From the NCBI GenBank assembly GCA_903842345.1, contig CAIMLR010000039.1:3984-67983 (forward strand): a DNA stretch of 64,000 nucleotides, given 5' to 3'. Origin of the DNA: an uncultured Myxococcales bacterium (GTDB lineage: Bacteria > Myxococcota_A > UBA9042). Of this stretch, positions 8,501 to 16,164 are shown piece after piece. The translations under genes and the position numbers were made by a program. How positions within the stretch are numbered: the stretch's first letter is position 1; every line of letters starts with the position of its first letter. The notes under the pieces are model-generated. The model ran no database searches. It worked only from the letters and a program-made list of their open reading frames with translations, and was not told where the DNA came from.

Positions 8501-11273
8501 GGCACAGCGCGCACTTGTCGTTCTTGGGGTGCGTGCCGCCCGGCGGGTTGGTGTGGCAACTGGCGCCGCATGAATCAAATGTGCCATCGACCTGCGTCCA
8601 CTTCGGCTGCGTCTTGATGGTGCCACCAGCTTTCGGCCCTGGCAGGGTGTTGCCGTGGCAGTAGACGCCGGAGCACGTCGTGGTCGCGGCGTCAAAAGCC
8701 GGCAGGGAGTTGCTGGACGTCGCGACATCGCCCCACGTGAAATCGATCTGGTTGTTCGAGTGTCCGACGGAAGCCGGCACCGTATGGCAGTCCGTGCACT
8801 GCCCGTCACGGTGCCACGCGCTCGCGGTCAGGTGCTGCGCGTGCGCGCCAACTGCCGCCTGCGTCGTCAGCGTCTCGCCCTTGGTGCCCTTGGGCGGCGC
8901 GGGGTTGTTGCTGGCCGCGTCGCCGTGGCAAGTCGTGCAGGTCAGGCCAATCACGTCGACGTTGCCGTTGATGTGCAGCTCTGCCTTGTTCCACGTCGCG
9001 ACGAGCGTCGTTGCGTCGTAGCTGGCAATCACGTCCGTGTGGCACTGCTCACACTTGCTATTGTTCGGATGCTTGCCGCCCGGCGGATTGGTGTGGCAGC
9101 TCGCGCCGCACGACTCGAACGAGCCGTCGTTCTGCGTCCATACCGGCGTCTGCTTCAGCGTGCCGCCGACGTTCGGTCCGGCCTTCAGCGTCGTGCCGTG
9201 GCAATACGCCGTGGCGCAGGTCAGCGTCTCGCTGTTGAACACCGGCTGCGCGCCATCGGCGGCCGAAACCGTGCCCCAATTGAACTCCGTCACGCCATTG
9301 GTGTGCGTCGTGGACTGCGGCACCGTGTGGCAATCCGCGCACTGTCCCTGGCGGTGCCAATCGCTGCCCTTCAAGTGCTTCTGGTGCGCGCCCACCGCCG
9401 CTTGGGTCGGCAGCATTTCGCCCTTGGTGCCCTTGGGCGGCGCGGGGTCGTTGGCCAGCGCATCGCCGTGGCAGCTGGTGCAGGTCAGACCGACAACCTC
9501 GATCTTGCCGTTGACGTGCAGCGCCGGATTGTTCCAGCTCGCCGTCGCGCTGAGCGGGTCGTAGGAGGAGATGACGTCCGTGTGGCACTGGCTGCAATTG
9601 CTCGCCTGCGGATGCGGTTCTGCCGGCGGATTGGTGTGGCAGCTCGCGCCGCACGTTTCAAAGCTGCCGTCGACCTGGTTCCAAATCGGCTCATGTTTGA
9701 CGATGCCGCCGACCTTCGGGTTGCCCGTGGTCACGCCGTGGCAGTACGTGTTGGAGCAGGTCACCGTGCCCGCGTCGAACGTCGGGTTGGCGCCGCTGGC
9801 AGAAGCGACCGCGCTGAAGGCAAAATCAAACACGCCGTTGGAATGCGCCGTCGAATCCGGAAGCGCATGGCAGTCGGTGCACAGGACCTGACGGTGCCAA
9901 TTGCCGCCCACCAAGTGCGCCGTGTGCGCGCCGACCGCCGCTTGGCTTGTCAGCGTCTCGCCCTTGGTGCCCTTGGGCGGCGCCGGGTTGTTGTTGGCCG
10001 CGTCGCCGTGGCAGGACGTGCAAGTGAGGTTGCCCACTTCCAGCAATCCGTCGATGTGCAGGTTCGGATTGGCCCACGTCGCCTTGTTGGTCACCGGGTC
10101 AAACGTCGCGATCACTTCTCCGTGGCAATTTGCGCAGTTGCTGTCCAGCGGGTGCTTGCCGCCGGGCGGCACCGTGTGGCAAGCCGTGCCGCACGCTTCC
10201 TGCGACCCGTCCACGACGGTCCACGTCGGCGTTTTATTGGACGTCGCGCCAGGCGCATCGCCGACCGGCAGCGTTCCGCCGTGGCAGTAGGAGCCCGAGC
10301 ACTGCAGCGTCGTCTGATCAAACGTACCCTGCTTGGCCAGCGGTCCCCAGACAAAATCGACCTTCGAGTTGTAGTGCGTCGAGGCATACGGATTCGGCAC
10401 CGGGTGGCACTCGTTGCACGTCACATCATGGCGCCAATCGGCTTTCTTCAAGTGCGACTGGTGCGCGCCCACGCCCGCGTAGCTCGTCTCCGTATGGCCG
10501 GCGAGGTCGTACGGCGGCGCGGGATCGTCCCGCAGCTGATCGCCGTGACACATGAAGCAGGCGGGCAGCCACTGGCTGATTTTCACGTCCGCTGCATCCA
10601 CGCCCGCGTCGACGTCCGGCTGCGCGACGTCCGCGCTCGCATCCGTCGCAGCATCTTCCCCGACCGTATCCGTGCCCGCGACGTCCTGAACCGGCACATC
10701 ATCCACTGCGGCGATGTCCGCCACGTCATCCACGGGCACGTCCGGCGTCGCCACGTCGTCCATGACCTCGGTCAAGTCGGTCGCGTCCACGATGTCATCC
10801 GGGGTGAGGATGACGTCCGTACCCAGCGCGACGTCCTCGGGCACATCCGGCGGCACATCGACCGTCACATCGACCGTCACGTCCGGCGCCGCGTCGGGGG
10901 CGGCGTCCAGCGCTGCATCCGGGGCAATGTCCGTCGCAACGTCCGGGGCCACGTCCGGAATCAGGATGATATCAATATCGTCAGCCACATCGGACTGCGC
11001 GTCCGCCGTCTCGGCTGCGTCGACATCCTGGCTGGCATCCGTCGCCGCATCCCCCGCAACATCCGTGGACTGCACGTCGTCGTGGGTATCCGCCTGGGTG
11101 TCGAGCTTGGCGTCCGTCTGCCCGTCGCCGTCCAATTGCGAGACGGGCGCGTCGTCCAGGACGTCGGTGCCGGTCGAACTGGTCGTCGAAGCCTTGTCGC
11201 CACAGCCCAGGATCAGGAGCAATCCACAAAGTATTCCGATCCTTGCGATGGTCGGCGTGGTCAATTCTGGCAT
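2571..11273 (-). CDS. Giant lipoprotein multiheme c-type cytochrome (CxxxxCH/CxxCH-domain family), ~2900 aa
   Basis: ATG 11273 follows a G-rich RBS. Signal peptide with lipobox LILG-C, then a ~210-aa Asp-rich linker, 13 repeats each with 3 CxxCH + 1 CX4CH + 1 CX3CH and spare His residues, and a C-terminal domain with 8 further motifs. Confidence 0.93.
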   Translation of the reverse strand: MPELTTPTIARIGILCGLLLILGCGDKASTTSSTGTDVLDDAPVSQLDGDGQTDAKLDTQADTHDDVQSTDVAGDAATDASQDVDAAETADAQSDVADDIDIILIPDVAPDVATDIAPDAALDAAPDAAPDVTVDVTVDVPPDVPEDVALGTDVILTPDDIVDATDLTEVMDDVATPDVPVDDVADIAAVDDVPVQDVAGTDTVGEDAATDASADVAQPDVDAGVDAADVKISQWLPACFMCHGDQLRDDPAPPYDLAGHTETSYAGVGAHQSHLKKADWRHDVTCNECHPVPNPYASTHYNSKVDFVWGPLAKQGTFDQTTLQCSGSYCHGGTLPVGDAPGATSNKTPTWTVVDGSQEACGTACHTVPPGGKHPLDSNCANCHGEVIATFDPVTNKATWANPNLHIDGLLEVGNLTCTSCHGDAANNNPAPPKGTKGETLTSQAAVGAHTAHLVGGNWHRQVLCTDCHALPDSTAHSNGVFDFAFSAVASASGANPTFDAGTVTCSNTYCHGVTTGNPKVGGIVKHEPIWNQVDGSFETCGASCHTNPPAEPHPQASNCSQCHTDVISSYDPLSATASWNNPALHVNGKIEVVGLTCTSCHGDALANDPAPPKGTKGEMLPTQAAVGAHQKHLKGSDWHRQGQCADCHTVPQSTTHTNGVTEFNWGTVSAADGAQPVFNSETLTCATAYCHGTTLKAGPNVGGTLKQTPVWTQNDGSFESCGASCHTNPPGGKHPNNSKCEQCHTDVIASYDATTLVATWNKAELHINGNVDVIGLTCTTCHGDAASNNPAPPKGTKGETLTTQAAVGAHAQHLTASAWHRDGQCTDCHTVPASVGHSNNQIDFTWGDVATSSNSLPAFDAATTTCSGVYCHGNTLPGPKAGGTIKTQPKWTQVDGTFDSCGASCHTNPPGGTHPKNDKCALCHTPVIASFDAATQTATWASPGLHIDGSVELTSLTCTTCHGDAPTNNPAPPKGTLGETLTSQAAVGAHAQHLGASSWHRDGQCTDCHVVPTSMTHTDGIVEFLWGAVATAANSTPAFDAGTLTCNAVYCHGNTLPAANQGGTTKKSPVWTTVNGTFDSCGASCHTNPPGGSHPQSTACQICHTEVIANYDPATKNASWNSPGLHIDGIVEVKTLTCTTCHGDAVKNDPAPPTGTHGEVATTAAAVGAHQNHLSASSWHRQGQCTDCHTVPASVSHSNGTTEMSFGGPSTVGGAQPTFDASTVTCSSVYCHGVTLFGPNPGGTLKQEPIWTQVDGTFDSCGASCHTTPPGAPHVQSTKCEQCHGEVIQSFTPGVNGGLPTVVWKDASRHVNGIIDAPALTCTACHGDAASNNPAPPKGTKGETLTTQPAVGAHAQHLSASTWHRDVQCTDCHKVPAQTLHSNGVDDVDFGLLATTGGTLPQFDPATVTCNAVYCHGATLPAANPGGTTQKAPIWTTVNGTYDSCGASCHTNPPGGSHPQNSNCQMCHPTVIQSYDANAKTAVWVDKGKHIDGTVEVITLSCTTCHGTAATNDPAPPLGTHGETATNQAAVGAHQQHLTASSWHRDGQCVDCHTVPQSTTHSNGTADITWGTVAKTAGANPTFEPNTVTCNAVYCHGTTLAAANAGGATAKTPVWTTVDGSFDSCGASCHTNPPGGSHPQNTNCATCHPEVIQSYDPIGKLAVWKDKALHIDGILEVKTLTCTTCHGDAVNNNPAPPLGTKGETLTSQAAVGAHTQHLNSSNWHRQVKCDDCHVVPTSTSHSNGVFDFAWGGPAAVNGATPSFDTATVTCSGVYCHGNTLPFGANATGTLKMTPVWTKVDGTYDSCGQSCHTTPPGAPHVQNNNCQDCHGAVISSFTPGFNGAAPTVVWKDATRHVDGIIDAPALSCTACHGDTATNNPAPPKGTKGETLTTQPAVGAHAQHLSTSTWHRDVQCTDCHVVPASSLHSNGVDDVDFGTIAATGGTTPAWDVSTVTCNAVYCHGATLPAANSGGTTKKTPVWTTVNGTFDSCGASCHTNPPGGTHPQNTACATCHTDVIQSYDVATKTAVWADRALHIDGQVEVKAMTCTSCHGNAATNDPAPPLGTKGETQTSQAAVGAHQNHLTPSTWHRDGQCTDCHAVPVSMSHSDGTANMSFGTVATAAGATPAFDVATVTCNAVYCHGTTLPAANPGGITAKTPVWTTVNGTFDSCGASCHTNPPGGTHPQNTACATCHGEVIQSYDPGTKTAVWADSSKHVDGVLEVKTLTCTSCHGDVATNNPAPPMGTNGETLTTQPAVGAHSQHVSTSNWHRQVQCEDCHVVPSSTSHSNGVFDFAWGGPAAVNGAKPSFDTATATCSGVYCHGNTLPFGANATGTLKMTPVWTKVDGTYDSCGQSCHTTPPGLPHVQNNNCQDCHGAVIASFIPGVGKAPPTVVWQDATRHVDGVIDAPALSCTACHGDAVSNDPAPPKGTQGETLTSQPAVGAHQQHLGTNTWHRDGQCVDCHTVPAQPLHANGTDDINFGTIATSDGATPAFNASNVTCNAVYCHGTTLASANVSGTIKQTPVWTTVNGSFDACGLACHSIPVGGTHVAHTDCSICHTAVVASFDAATKVTTWKDRSLHVNGVVESNKYHNLAGWTTPNYGANHHGSNYFIRNQMRDEHNVACTTCHGANLDGGTVNVSCNNSTINCHGQNAPANGTGGDWKACNFCHGGATQNNPPHGVANETATTTLGVGKHAQHLAASTTHVAFACTACHTIPGAGDIAHIAQYVYSADLTTAGHHGDVAFPALPTTPLGSPTSAMTWAVATTAGTTPFTGRGTCTGNCHSSGRTGTATVQAPLVTPYWAGTGTTAWTVGSCAMCHATTPTSGTHSTHTKTSNNVGCIGCHPAATSALHMNGLRDVNATCSSASYTGSVATTRNATTGRVSCSGTCHGQSHNYSW
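3520..10560 (-). repeat. 13 intragenic tandem repeats of ~545 bp (~180 aa) with a higher-order ~1635-bp period
   Basis: Recurring unit CxxCHGD..PAPPxGTxGET..AVGAHxxHL..WHR..CxDCH..CxxxYCHG..CGxSCH..CxxCH..H(I/V)(D/N)G. Near-identical DNA blocks start at 4261 and 5896. Confidence 0.9.
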
Positions 11274-11351
11274 AGAGTCCCCCTGATTCTGACTGGCGAA
11301 AGCGGCGTAAGCACGGTGCGCAGCACATTCCACAGGCCACGCAGCGACCGT

Positions 11352-11367
11352 TGTCACGCTGATGACA
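11352..11367. promoter_or_regulatory. TGTCA-N6-TGACA palindrome (CooA/Crp-family-like box)
   Basis: TGTCACGCTGATGACA lies ~80-95 bp upstream of the cytochrome start codon. Confidence 0.35.
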
Positions 11368-11419
11368 CCCGCGAACAAGGGTCGAAACGGGTCGCATTTG
11401 GGTCGCATCAAGGCGAATC

Positions 11420-11433
11420 TTGATCTTCGTCAA
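11420..11433. promoter_or_regulatory. FNR-like box upstream of the cytochrome gene
   Basis: TTGATCTTCGTCAA has one mismatch to TTGAT-N4-ATCAA and sits in an AT-rich intergenic patch. Confidence 0.5.
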
Positions 11434-11680
11434 TTTTTGGCGGCATAAAACCAAAATACCGGCTTGGCAGCGCGATTTTTCGTGATCATCGCAAGGATCG
11501 CATTGGATCATCCCGCAACACTGCGTTGGCTCAGCTACCGGCGCGACTCGGGCCGACTCGCCGCCCGTTGTCGGGCGATCTGCGTGGCGAATCACCGGGA
11601 TCGCCATTGTTCCCTTGCGCGCAAGCCGCCCCGCCCTTACGCTCCGGCCCTTCCATGGCCCACTGCGGCTTGAGGCGAAC

Positions 11681-12445
11681 GTGATTCAACGCAAATCCCC
11701 AGATCAAATCCGCAAGATGCGCACCTCAGGCGCCATCGTCGGCGACACGCTGCGGATGGTGCGCGGACTGTGCGTCGAAGGCGCGACGCTCAAGGACCTT
11801 GACCGCGCGGCTGAAGCGTTCATCCGCGGCCGCGGCGCGAAACCGACCTTCAAGGGCTACCACGGCTTTCCGGCGACGCTGTGCCTGTCGCTGAACAGTG
11901 AAGTCGTGCACGGGATCCCCAACGGCCGCAAGCTGAAGAACGGCGACATCCTCGCGATCGACTGCGGCGCGACAAAGGACGACTTCGTCGGCGACGCGGC
12001 GATCACCGTCATGGTCGGCACCGTCGCGCCAGAAGTCGCCGAGTTGGTCGAGCACACGCGGCTCAGCCTGATGGCCGGAATCGCGGCGGCGAAGGTCGGC
12101 GCGCGGCTGGGCGATCTCAGCTGGGCGATTGAATCGGTCATCAACAAGAAGGGCTACGGCATCGTGCGCGACTACTGCGGTCACGGCGTCGGCCGCGCGC
12201 TGCATGAAGACCCGCAAGTGCCCAACTACGGCAAGCCCGACAGCGGCCCCCGCATCCAGTCTGGCTGGTGTCTGGCGCTGGAACCGATGGTCAACCTCGG
12301 CGGCGATGACGTGCACACGCTGGGCGATGGTTGGACCGTCGTGACCGACGACGGCAAGCCGTCTGCGCACTGGGAACACTCGATCGCGATTACCGACGCC
12401 GGCGTGGAAATCCTGACGCTGACGTCCGACGGCGAGCAGCCGTAG
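11681..12445 (+). CDS. map: Type I methionine aminopeptidase
   Basis: Motifs GYHGFPATLCLSLNSEVVHGIP, GHGVGRALHEDP, EPMVN and SAHWEHSI. GTG start at 11681 after GAGG. Confidence 0.96.
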   Translation: MIQRKSPDQIRKMRTSGAIVGDTLRMVRGLCVEGATLKDLDRAAEAFIRGRGAKPTFKGYHGFPATLCLSLNSEVVHGIPNGRKLKNGDILAIDCGATKDDFVGDAAITVMVGTVAPEVAELVEHTRLSLMAGIAAAKVGARLGDLSWAIESVINKKGYGIVRDYCGHGVGRALHEDPQVPNYGKPDSGPRIQSGWCLALEPMVNLGGDDVHTLGDGWTVVTDDGKPSAHWEHSIAITDAGVEILTLTSDGEQP

Positions 12446-12455
12446 AGGCCACGTC

Positions 12456-13046
12456 ATGCGTTCCATTGCCCCCAAGTGCCGCCGCGCGTTCTGCATCCTC
12501 GGAATGGGCGCCAGCTTCGCAGCCTGCAGCACGCCCGCAACCGACGCCCAGACAGACGCCACCGCGCTGGGCGATGCGACGCCACTGAGCGATGGCGATC
12601 CCTCGGTCGACGGCTTGATCCTGACCGATACGGCGACCGACGTTGCCGCTGCGGACGTGCAGGCTCTGTGCCTGGCCGCATCCCCCACTGGCGTGGTCTT
12701 TGACCCGACCCCGGTGGCCAGCGGTGCGATGGCGAGCGTCAAGCTCAGCAACTGCGGCTTGCAGGGCCTGTGCATCACCAGCATCGACCTGCAGTTGCAG
12801 TCCGCCTACGTCGGCGAGTACGGTGTGACGGCCAAGGGACTGGAAGCCATCTGTCCGGGCATTGACACCAAGAACGGACCGTCGGTGAGCAAGCCTTGCT
12901 GCATCGCGCCGAATACGACTGCGGGGCTGGAGGTCTACTTCACGCCCAAGTCCGCCAGCAGCAGCCCCAAGACCGCGCAGGTTTGGGTGACGTCCAACCT
13001 CGGCAAGACCGTCATCCTGATGCAGGGCATCGCGACCGGTCCGTAG
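12456..13046 (+). CDS. Putative lipoprotein with an Ig-like (ASH/choice-of-anchor D-like) domain
   Basis: Lipobox FAAC, Asp/Ala/Thr linker, then a beta-rich domain (VKLSNCG...LEVYFTP...AQVWVTSN). Confidence 0.6.
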   Translation: MRSIAPKCRRAFCILGMGASFAACSTPATDAQTDATALGDATPLSDGDPSVDGLILTDTATDVAAADVQALCLAASPTGVVFDPTPVASGAMASVKLSNCGLQGLCITSIDLQLQSAYVGEYGVTAKGLEAICPGIDTKNGPSVSKPCCIAPNTTAGLEVYFTPKSASSSPKTAQVWVTSNLGKTVILMQGIATGP

Positions 13047-13126
13047 CCGCACTTTTTTTCAGTCCCGCGCGCGGCAAAATCCGCCAATCGCCGAATACCT
13101 TCTGGGCGCAATGCCCGGAGGTGACC

Positions 13127-13747
13127 ATGTGGTGGTTTGGCACAACGTGCGCGGGCTGCGGCGCGCGGCTGCAACTTCTGGCCCAGAGCGGCTTCTGCGA
13201 CGGCTGTTCGCCGGCGCTGGAGTGCGCCGAATCGTGGCTCGGCGCGCCGACGCTGCCCGTCGCCGCAGGTTGGGCGTACACGGGACCGCTGCAGGCGTGG
13301 ATCGGCCGGTGCAAACAGGGCATCTTCAGCGATCCGCAGCTGCTGCTTCCCCCCCTGCAGCGGCTGTTGCAGCAGCTGACCGCGGCGGGACCGGTCGCGC
13401 TCGTGGCGATTCCGCCGGAGCGGACGCGGCTGCGGCAGCGCGGGCTGCATTTGCCCGATTTGCTTGTCGATTGCCTGCGGACGCGCGAGACGCCGCGCGC
13501 GTGGCTGCTCGAGCGCGTCGATCGCGCGCCGGTTCGCCGCGAGCGGGTGCGGTCGCCGCCTGTGCTCCGGGCGCGCGCGCTGCGGGAAACGCTGCCGGTC
13601 GTGCTGATCGATGATGTGGTGACGACTGGCCAGACACTGACGACGGCTTGCGCGGCGCTGCAGTCGGTCGGCCAGCCGGTCAAAGCGGCGATCTGCTTGG
13701 CCGATGCGCGGCCGCAGATCCTCGCGCAGATTCTGGGTCAGGGCTGA
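13127..13747 (+). CDS. comF: ComF-family protein (zinc ribbon + phosphoribosyltransferase), divergent
   Basis: N-terminal CAGC...CDGC, R...RG motif, and PRT loop VLIDDVVTTGQTL. ATG follows GGAGG. Confidence 0.75.
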   Translation: MWWFGTTCAGCGARLQLLAQSGFCDGCSPALECAESWLGAPTLPVAAGWAYTGPLQAWIGRCKQGIFSDPQLLLPPLQRLLQQLTAAGPVALVAIPPERTRLRQRGLHLPDLLVDCLRTRETPRAWLLERVDRAPVRRERVRSPPVLRARALRETLPVVLIDDVVTTGQTLTTACAALQSVGQPVKAAICLADARPQILAQILGQG

Positions 13748-13750
13748 CGG

Positions 13751-14857
13751 TCAAGGGTGCAGCATACTCGCCGTCGCCCAACCGGACCACGCACCACCGG
13801 CGAGCGCTGCAGCAGCCGCGATCTGCACAACGCCAGCGGCGCGGGCTGCCCAACCACCGGGGGCGCGCGTCCGCACCAGCGCGGCGAGGAGCAGGGTCAG
13901 CAAGGCGAACGTCAGCGGATCGACGAACCACGCCGGGCCGAGAAATGCCGGCGCGGTCAGTGTCAGGAGCGCCAACGTGAGGCTCGCGCCGATGCCCGTC
14001 CAGGCGTCAAGGCGCGTGGCAAGCGGCGGCAGATCGGCGGCCAGCAGCAGCCCCAGCGAACCGATCCGGGCAAGCGCGAGCGCGACGCCGGCGAGGTCCC
14101 AGCCTTGGGCCTGCCCGGCAACCCGCGCAAAGCCCGGGGCGTGGGCCGGCAACGCCAGCGCGGCCACGGTCTGGCCAGCCAACAACAGCAGCGCGAGGAG
14201 CAGCAGCACCAACGCCGCGATCTTCAGGCGCGGCCGCGACCGACGGACGGCAATCCACGCGAGCAGCAGCGCGCCAAATTGCAGGCAACGCGCGATGCGA
14301 TCGGCCAGAAACCACAGAGCGGCGAGCGGCGCCGCGGCGATCTCCCCCGGACCGGCAAAGCGCCAGTCAGCGGCAACTTGCGGGAGGGGCAACGCGGCCG
14401 TCAGGTGCACGGGCTGCAGCAAACTGTCGCCAAACGGCGCAAACGGCAGCACCGCCAGGACAAGCGCCAGCGGCCAGCGGAGGTCGGACTCGAGCGCCGC
14501 GGCAAGGGCGAAGCTCGCAGTCAGCGCGGCGGGCAGCAGCCAGACGAGATTGGGCCACACAATCAGGGGCGCGGGCGGCTGGAGCACCGCGACCGGCAAC
14601 CACAGCAGCGCGATGCGCGCGACGGTCGACAACTGTTGCGGCGACGCGAGGCCGCGGAGCAGGAGCGCGAGGACGACAACGCCGCCAACAAGCCCCGGAC
14701 CGGGCGCCCCGAGGAGCAGCGGCACGGCGGTGAGACAGGTGACAAGCGCGATCGCGCGCTGCGGCCGTATCGCCAACCACACAAGGAGAGGCAGTGGCAG
14801 GAGCGCGAGCGGCGAGATTTCAACCGCGCCAAGCGCGAAGGACGGGAGTTGGAGCAC
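13751..14857 (-). CDS. Divergent CcsA/ResC-like polytopic membrane protein (cytochrome c biogenesis System II-like)
   Basis: Multiple TM segments. APLAALWFLADR..LQFGALL resembles PALQSxWLxxHV..LSYAALL, LGPAWFVDP resembles WGxYWxWDP, and the C-terminal MLHP resembles GLHSY. Directly follows a ResB-like gene. Confidence 0.55.
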   Translation of the reverse strand: MLQLPSFALGAVEISPLALLPLPLLVWLAIRPQRAIALVTCLTAVPLLLGAPGPGLVGGVVVLALLLRGLASPQQLSTVARIALLWLPVAVLQPPAPLIVWPNLVWLLPAALTASFALAAALESDLRWPLALVLAVLPFAPFGDSLLQPVHLTAALPLPQVAADWRFAGPGEIAAAPLAALWFLADRIARCLQFGALLLAWIAVRRSRPRLKIAALVLLLLALLLLAGQTVAALALPAHAPGFARVAGQAQGWDLAGVALALARIGSLGLLLAADLPPLATRLDAWTGIGASLTLALLTLTAPAFLGPAWFVDPLTFALLTLLLAALVRTRAPGGWAARAAGVVQIAAAAALAGGAWSGWATASMLHP

Positions 14858-14859
14858 GG

Positions 14860-15876
14860 CTAGTTCGCCTCAGGGTGCGACTGGCGCGCGCCCAGATAGA
14901 ACGCCGCGGCGAGTCCGAGGAACGCGAGGAGCAGAGGCGCAACAGTGCCAGACGGTGCCACTTGCAGCCGAATGAGCGGCTCGCCAGTCACTTGCGCGGA
15001 CGGCCGACCTTGGGGAAGGAGCTCGGGCGAAGCGAGGACGCGAATCGTCGGGTGCTCGGCGCCGTCGCTGACCAGCACAAACGGACCGGTTTCCTTGGCG
15101 ACGCTCGGCTGCAGGCGGGCGGCCATCGAGGGCGCTTCAGACAGGACGCCATCGGCGAGCGTCAAGGCAAACACACGGGAATCAGGAAGCTTTGCCTGCC
15201 AATTCAAAGTCAGGTTCGGCGGGAGCGGCGCCGTGGCGGTCGCCAGCCAGGTGAACTGCACACCCTGGTTCACCGCCGGCATCCCCGGCGCGAGGATGAC
15301 CTCATGGCGGAGACCCGCGCCCTCCACCTTGCACGCGAGCGAGTCCAGACCCGCGCGCGCACGGCAGGATGCCTGCCAGCGACCCGGCGCCGGTGCTGGC
15401 CCGCCGCCATCCGATCGCCACGCGGGAACGGTCGCCAGATCCGCGCCCACCGTCACGTCGAGCGCAACGGGCAGCTCCGTCGTCGTCCAAAGCCAGTAGC
15501 CCGCGACGACGGGCAGCGCGATCGCCAACAGCACCGCTCCCCGCTGACCGCGCGACCGCCCCATGAGCAACGCCGTCAACGCGGCAAAGACTGTCAGGCC
15601 AGCCAACAGGCAAACCACCAACGACCAAGCGAGGTTATCGAGACCGAGCGCGTGGAGCGCCAGCAGTTCTGAGCGGGGCAGGCCGTCCGTCGCCATTCCC
15701 GCGGCGTGCAATTGCGGCACCTGCGTGCCAAGCCACGCGACGCAGGACCACAGGAACGCCAGCATGGCGAGCGTTTGCGGTGAACCGGCAATGTCGAGGA
15801 GAACGTCAGGCAAAGGCCGCGATGCAGCAACCGTCAGCGCAGCCGTCAGGTCGCGCGCGCCGGAACGGTCACTCAC
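14860..15876 (-). CDS. Divergent ResB/Ccs1 (CcsB)-like membrane protein
   Basis: N-terminal S...LAML..LW..VAWLGTQVPQ...LGLDNLAWS resembles ResB GTxxPQ...LGLxxxYxS. C-terminal LQVAPSG...LGLAAAFY resembles ResB LQVxxDPG...GL..SFY. GTGA overlap with the khpA stop. Confidence 0.6.
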   Translation of the reverse strand: MSDRSGARDLTAALTVAASRPLPDVLLDIAGSPQTLAMLAFLWSCVAWLGTQVPQLHAAGMATDGLPRSELLALHALGLDNLAWSLVVCLLAGLTVFAALTALLMGRSRGQRGAVLLAIALPVVAGYWLWTTTELPVALDVTVGADLATVPAWRSDGGGPAPAPGRWQASCRARAGLDSLACKVEGAGLRHEVILAPGMPAVNQGVQFTWLATATAPLPPNLTLNWQAKLPDSRVFALTLADGVLSEAPSMAARLQPSVAKETGPFVLVSDGAEHPTIRVLASPELLPQGRPSAQVTGEPLIRLQVAPSGTVAPLLLAFLGLAAAFYLGARQSHPEAN

Positions 15877-16106
15877 GAGTCAACGAAATGGACCGTCACC
15901 CGCTGTTGGCGCAAGGCCGCCGCGGCGTGAACGAGGTTGCGGATGGCGCGAGCCGTGCGGCCCTGTTTGCCGATCACTTTGCCGATGTCTTCCCGACGCA
16001 CGAACAGACGGAGAACGACCCCTTGGTCGCCATTCTCCTCGTCCACGCGCACGTCTTCCGGGTGATCGACCAGTACGCTGGCGAGATAATGCAGAAATTC
16101 GCGCAT
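15873..16106 (-). CDS. khpA: KH-domain RNA-binding protein KhpA (YlqC)
   Basis: Motifs LVDHPEDV and DIGKVIGKQGRTARAIR; directly downstream of rpsP. Confidence 0.93.
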   Translation of the reverse strand: MREFLHYLASVLVDHPEDVRVDEENGDQGVVLRLFVRREDIGKVIGKQGRTARAIRNLVHAAAALRQQRVTVHFVDS

Positions 16107-16164
16107 TCAAGCTCTCCAGACCTGCAACGGGCTCGCCGCCAATCAGCGGACGAGCACGCGCGGT

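Noticed and set aside
3520-10560. Repeat array considered as a CRISPR array or mobile repeat
   Set aside because: Units are ~545 bp, in-frame and coding, with no short repeat-spacer structure and no cas genes.
2586-11423. Very long plus-strand ORFs (1995 aa and 922 aa) opposite the cytochrome
   Set aside because: They are antisense shadows of a GC-biased repetitive gene, Arg/Ala/Val-rich with no domain motifs.
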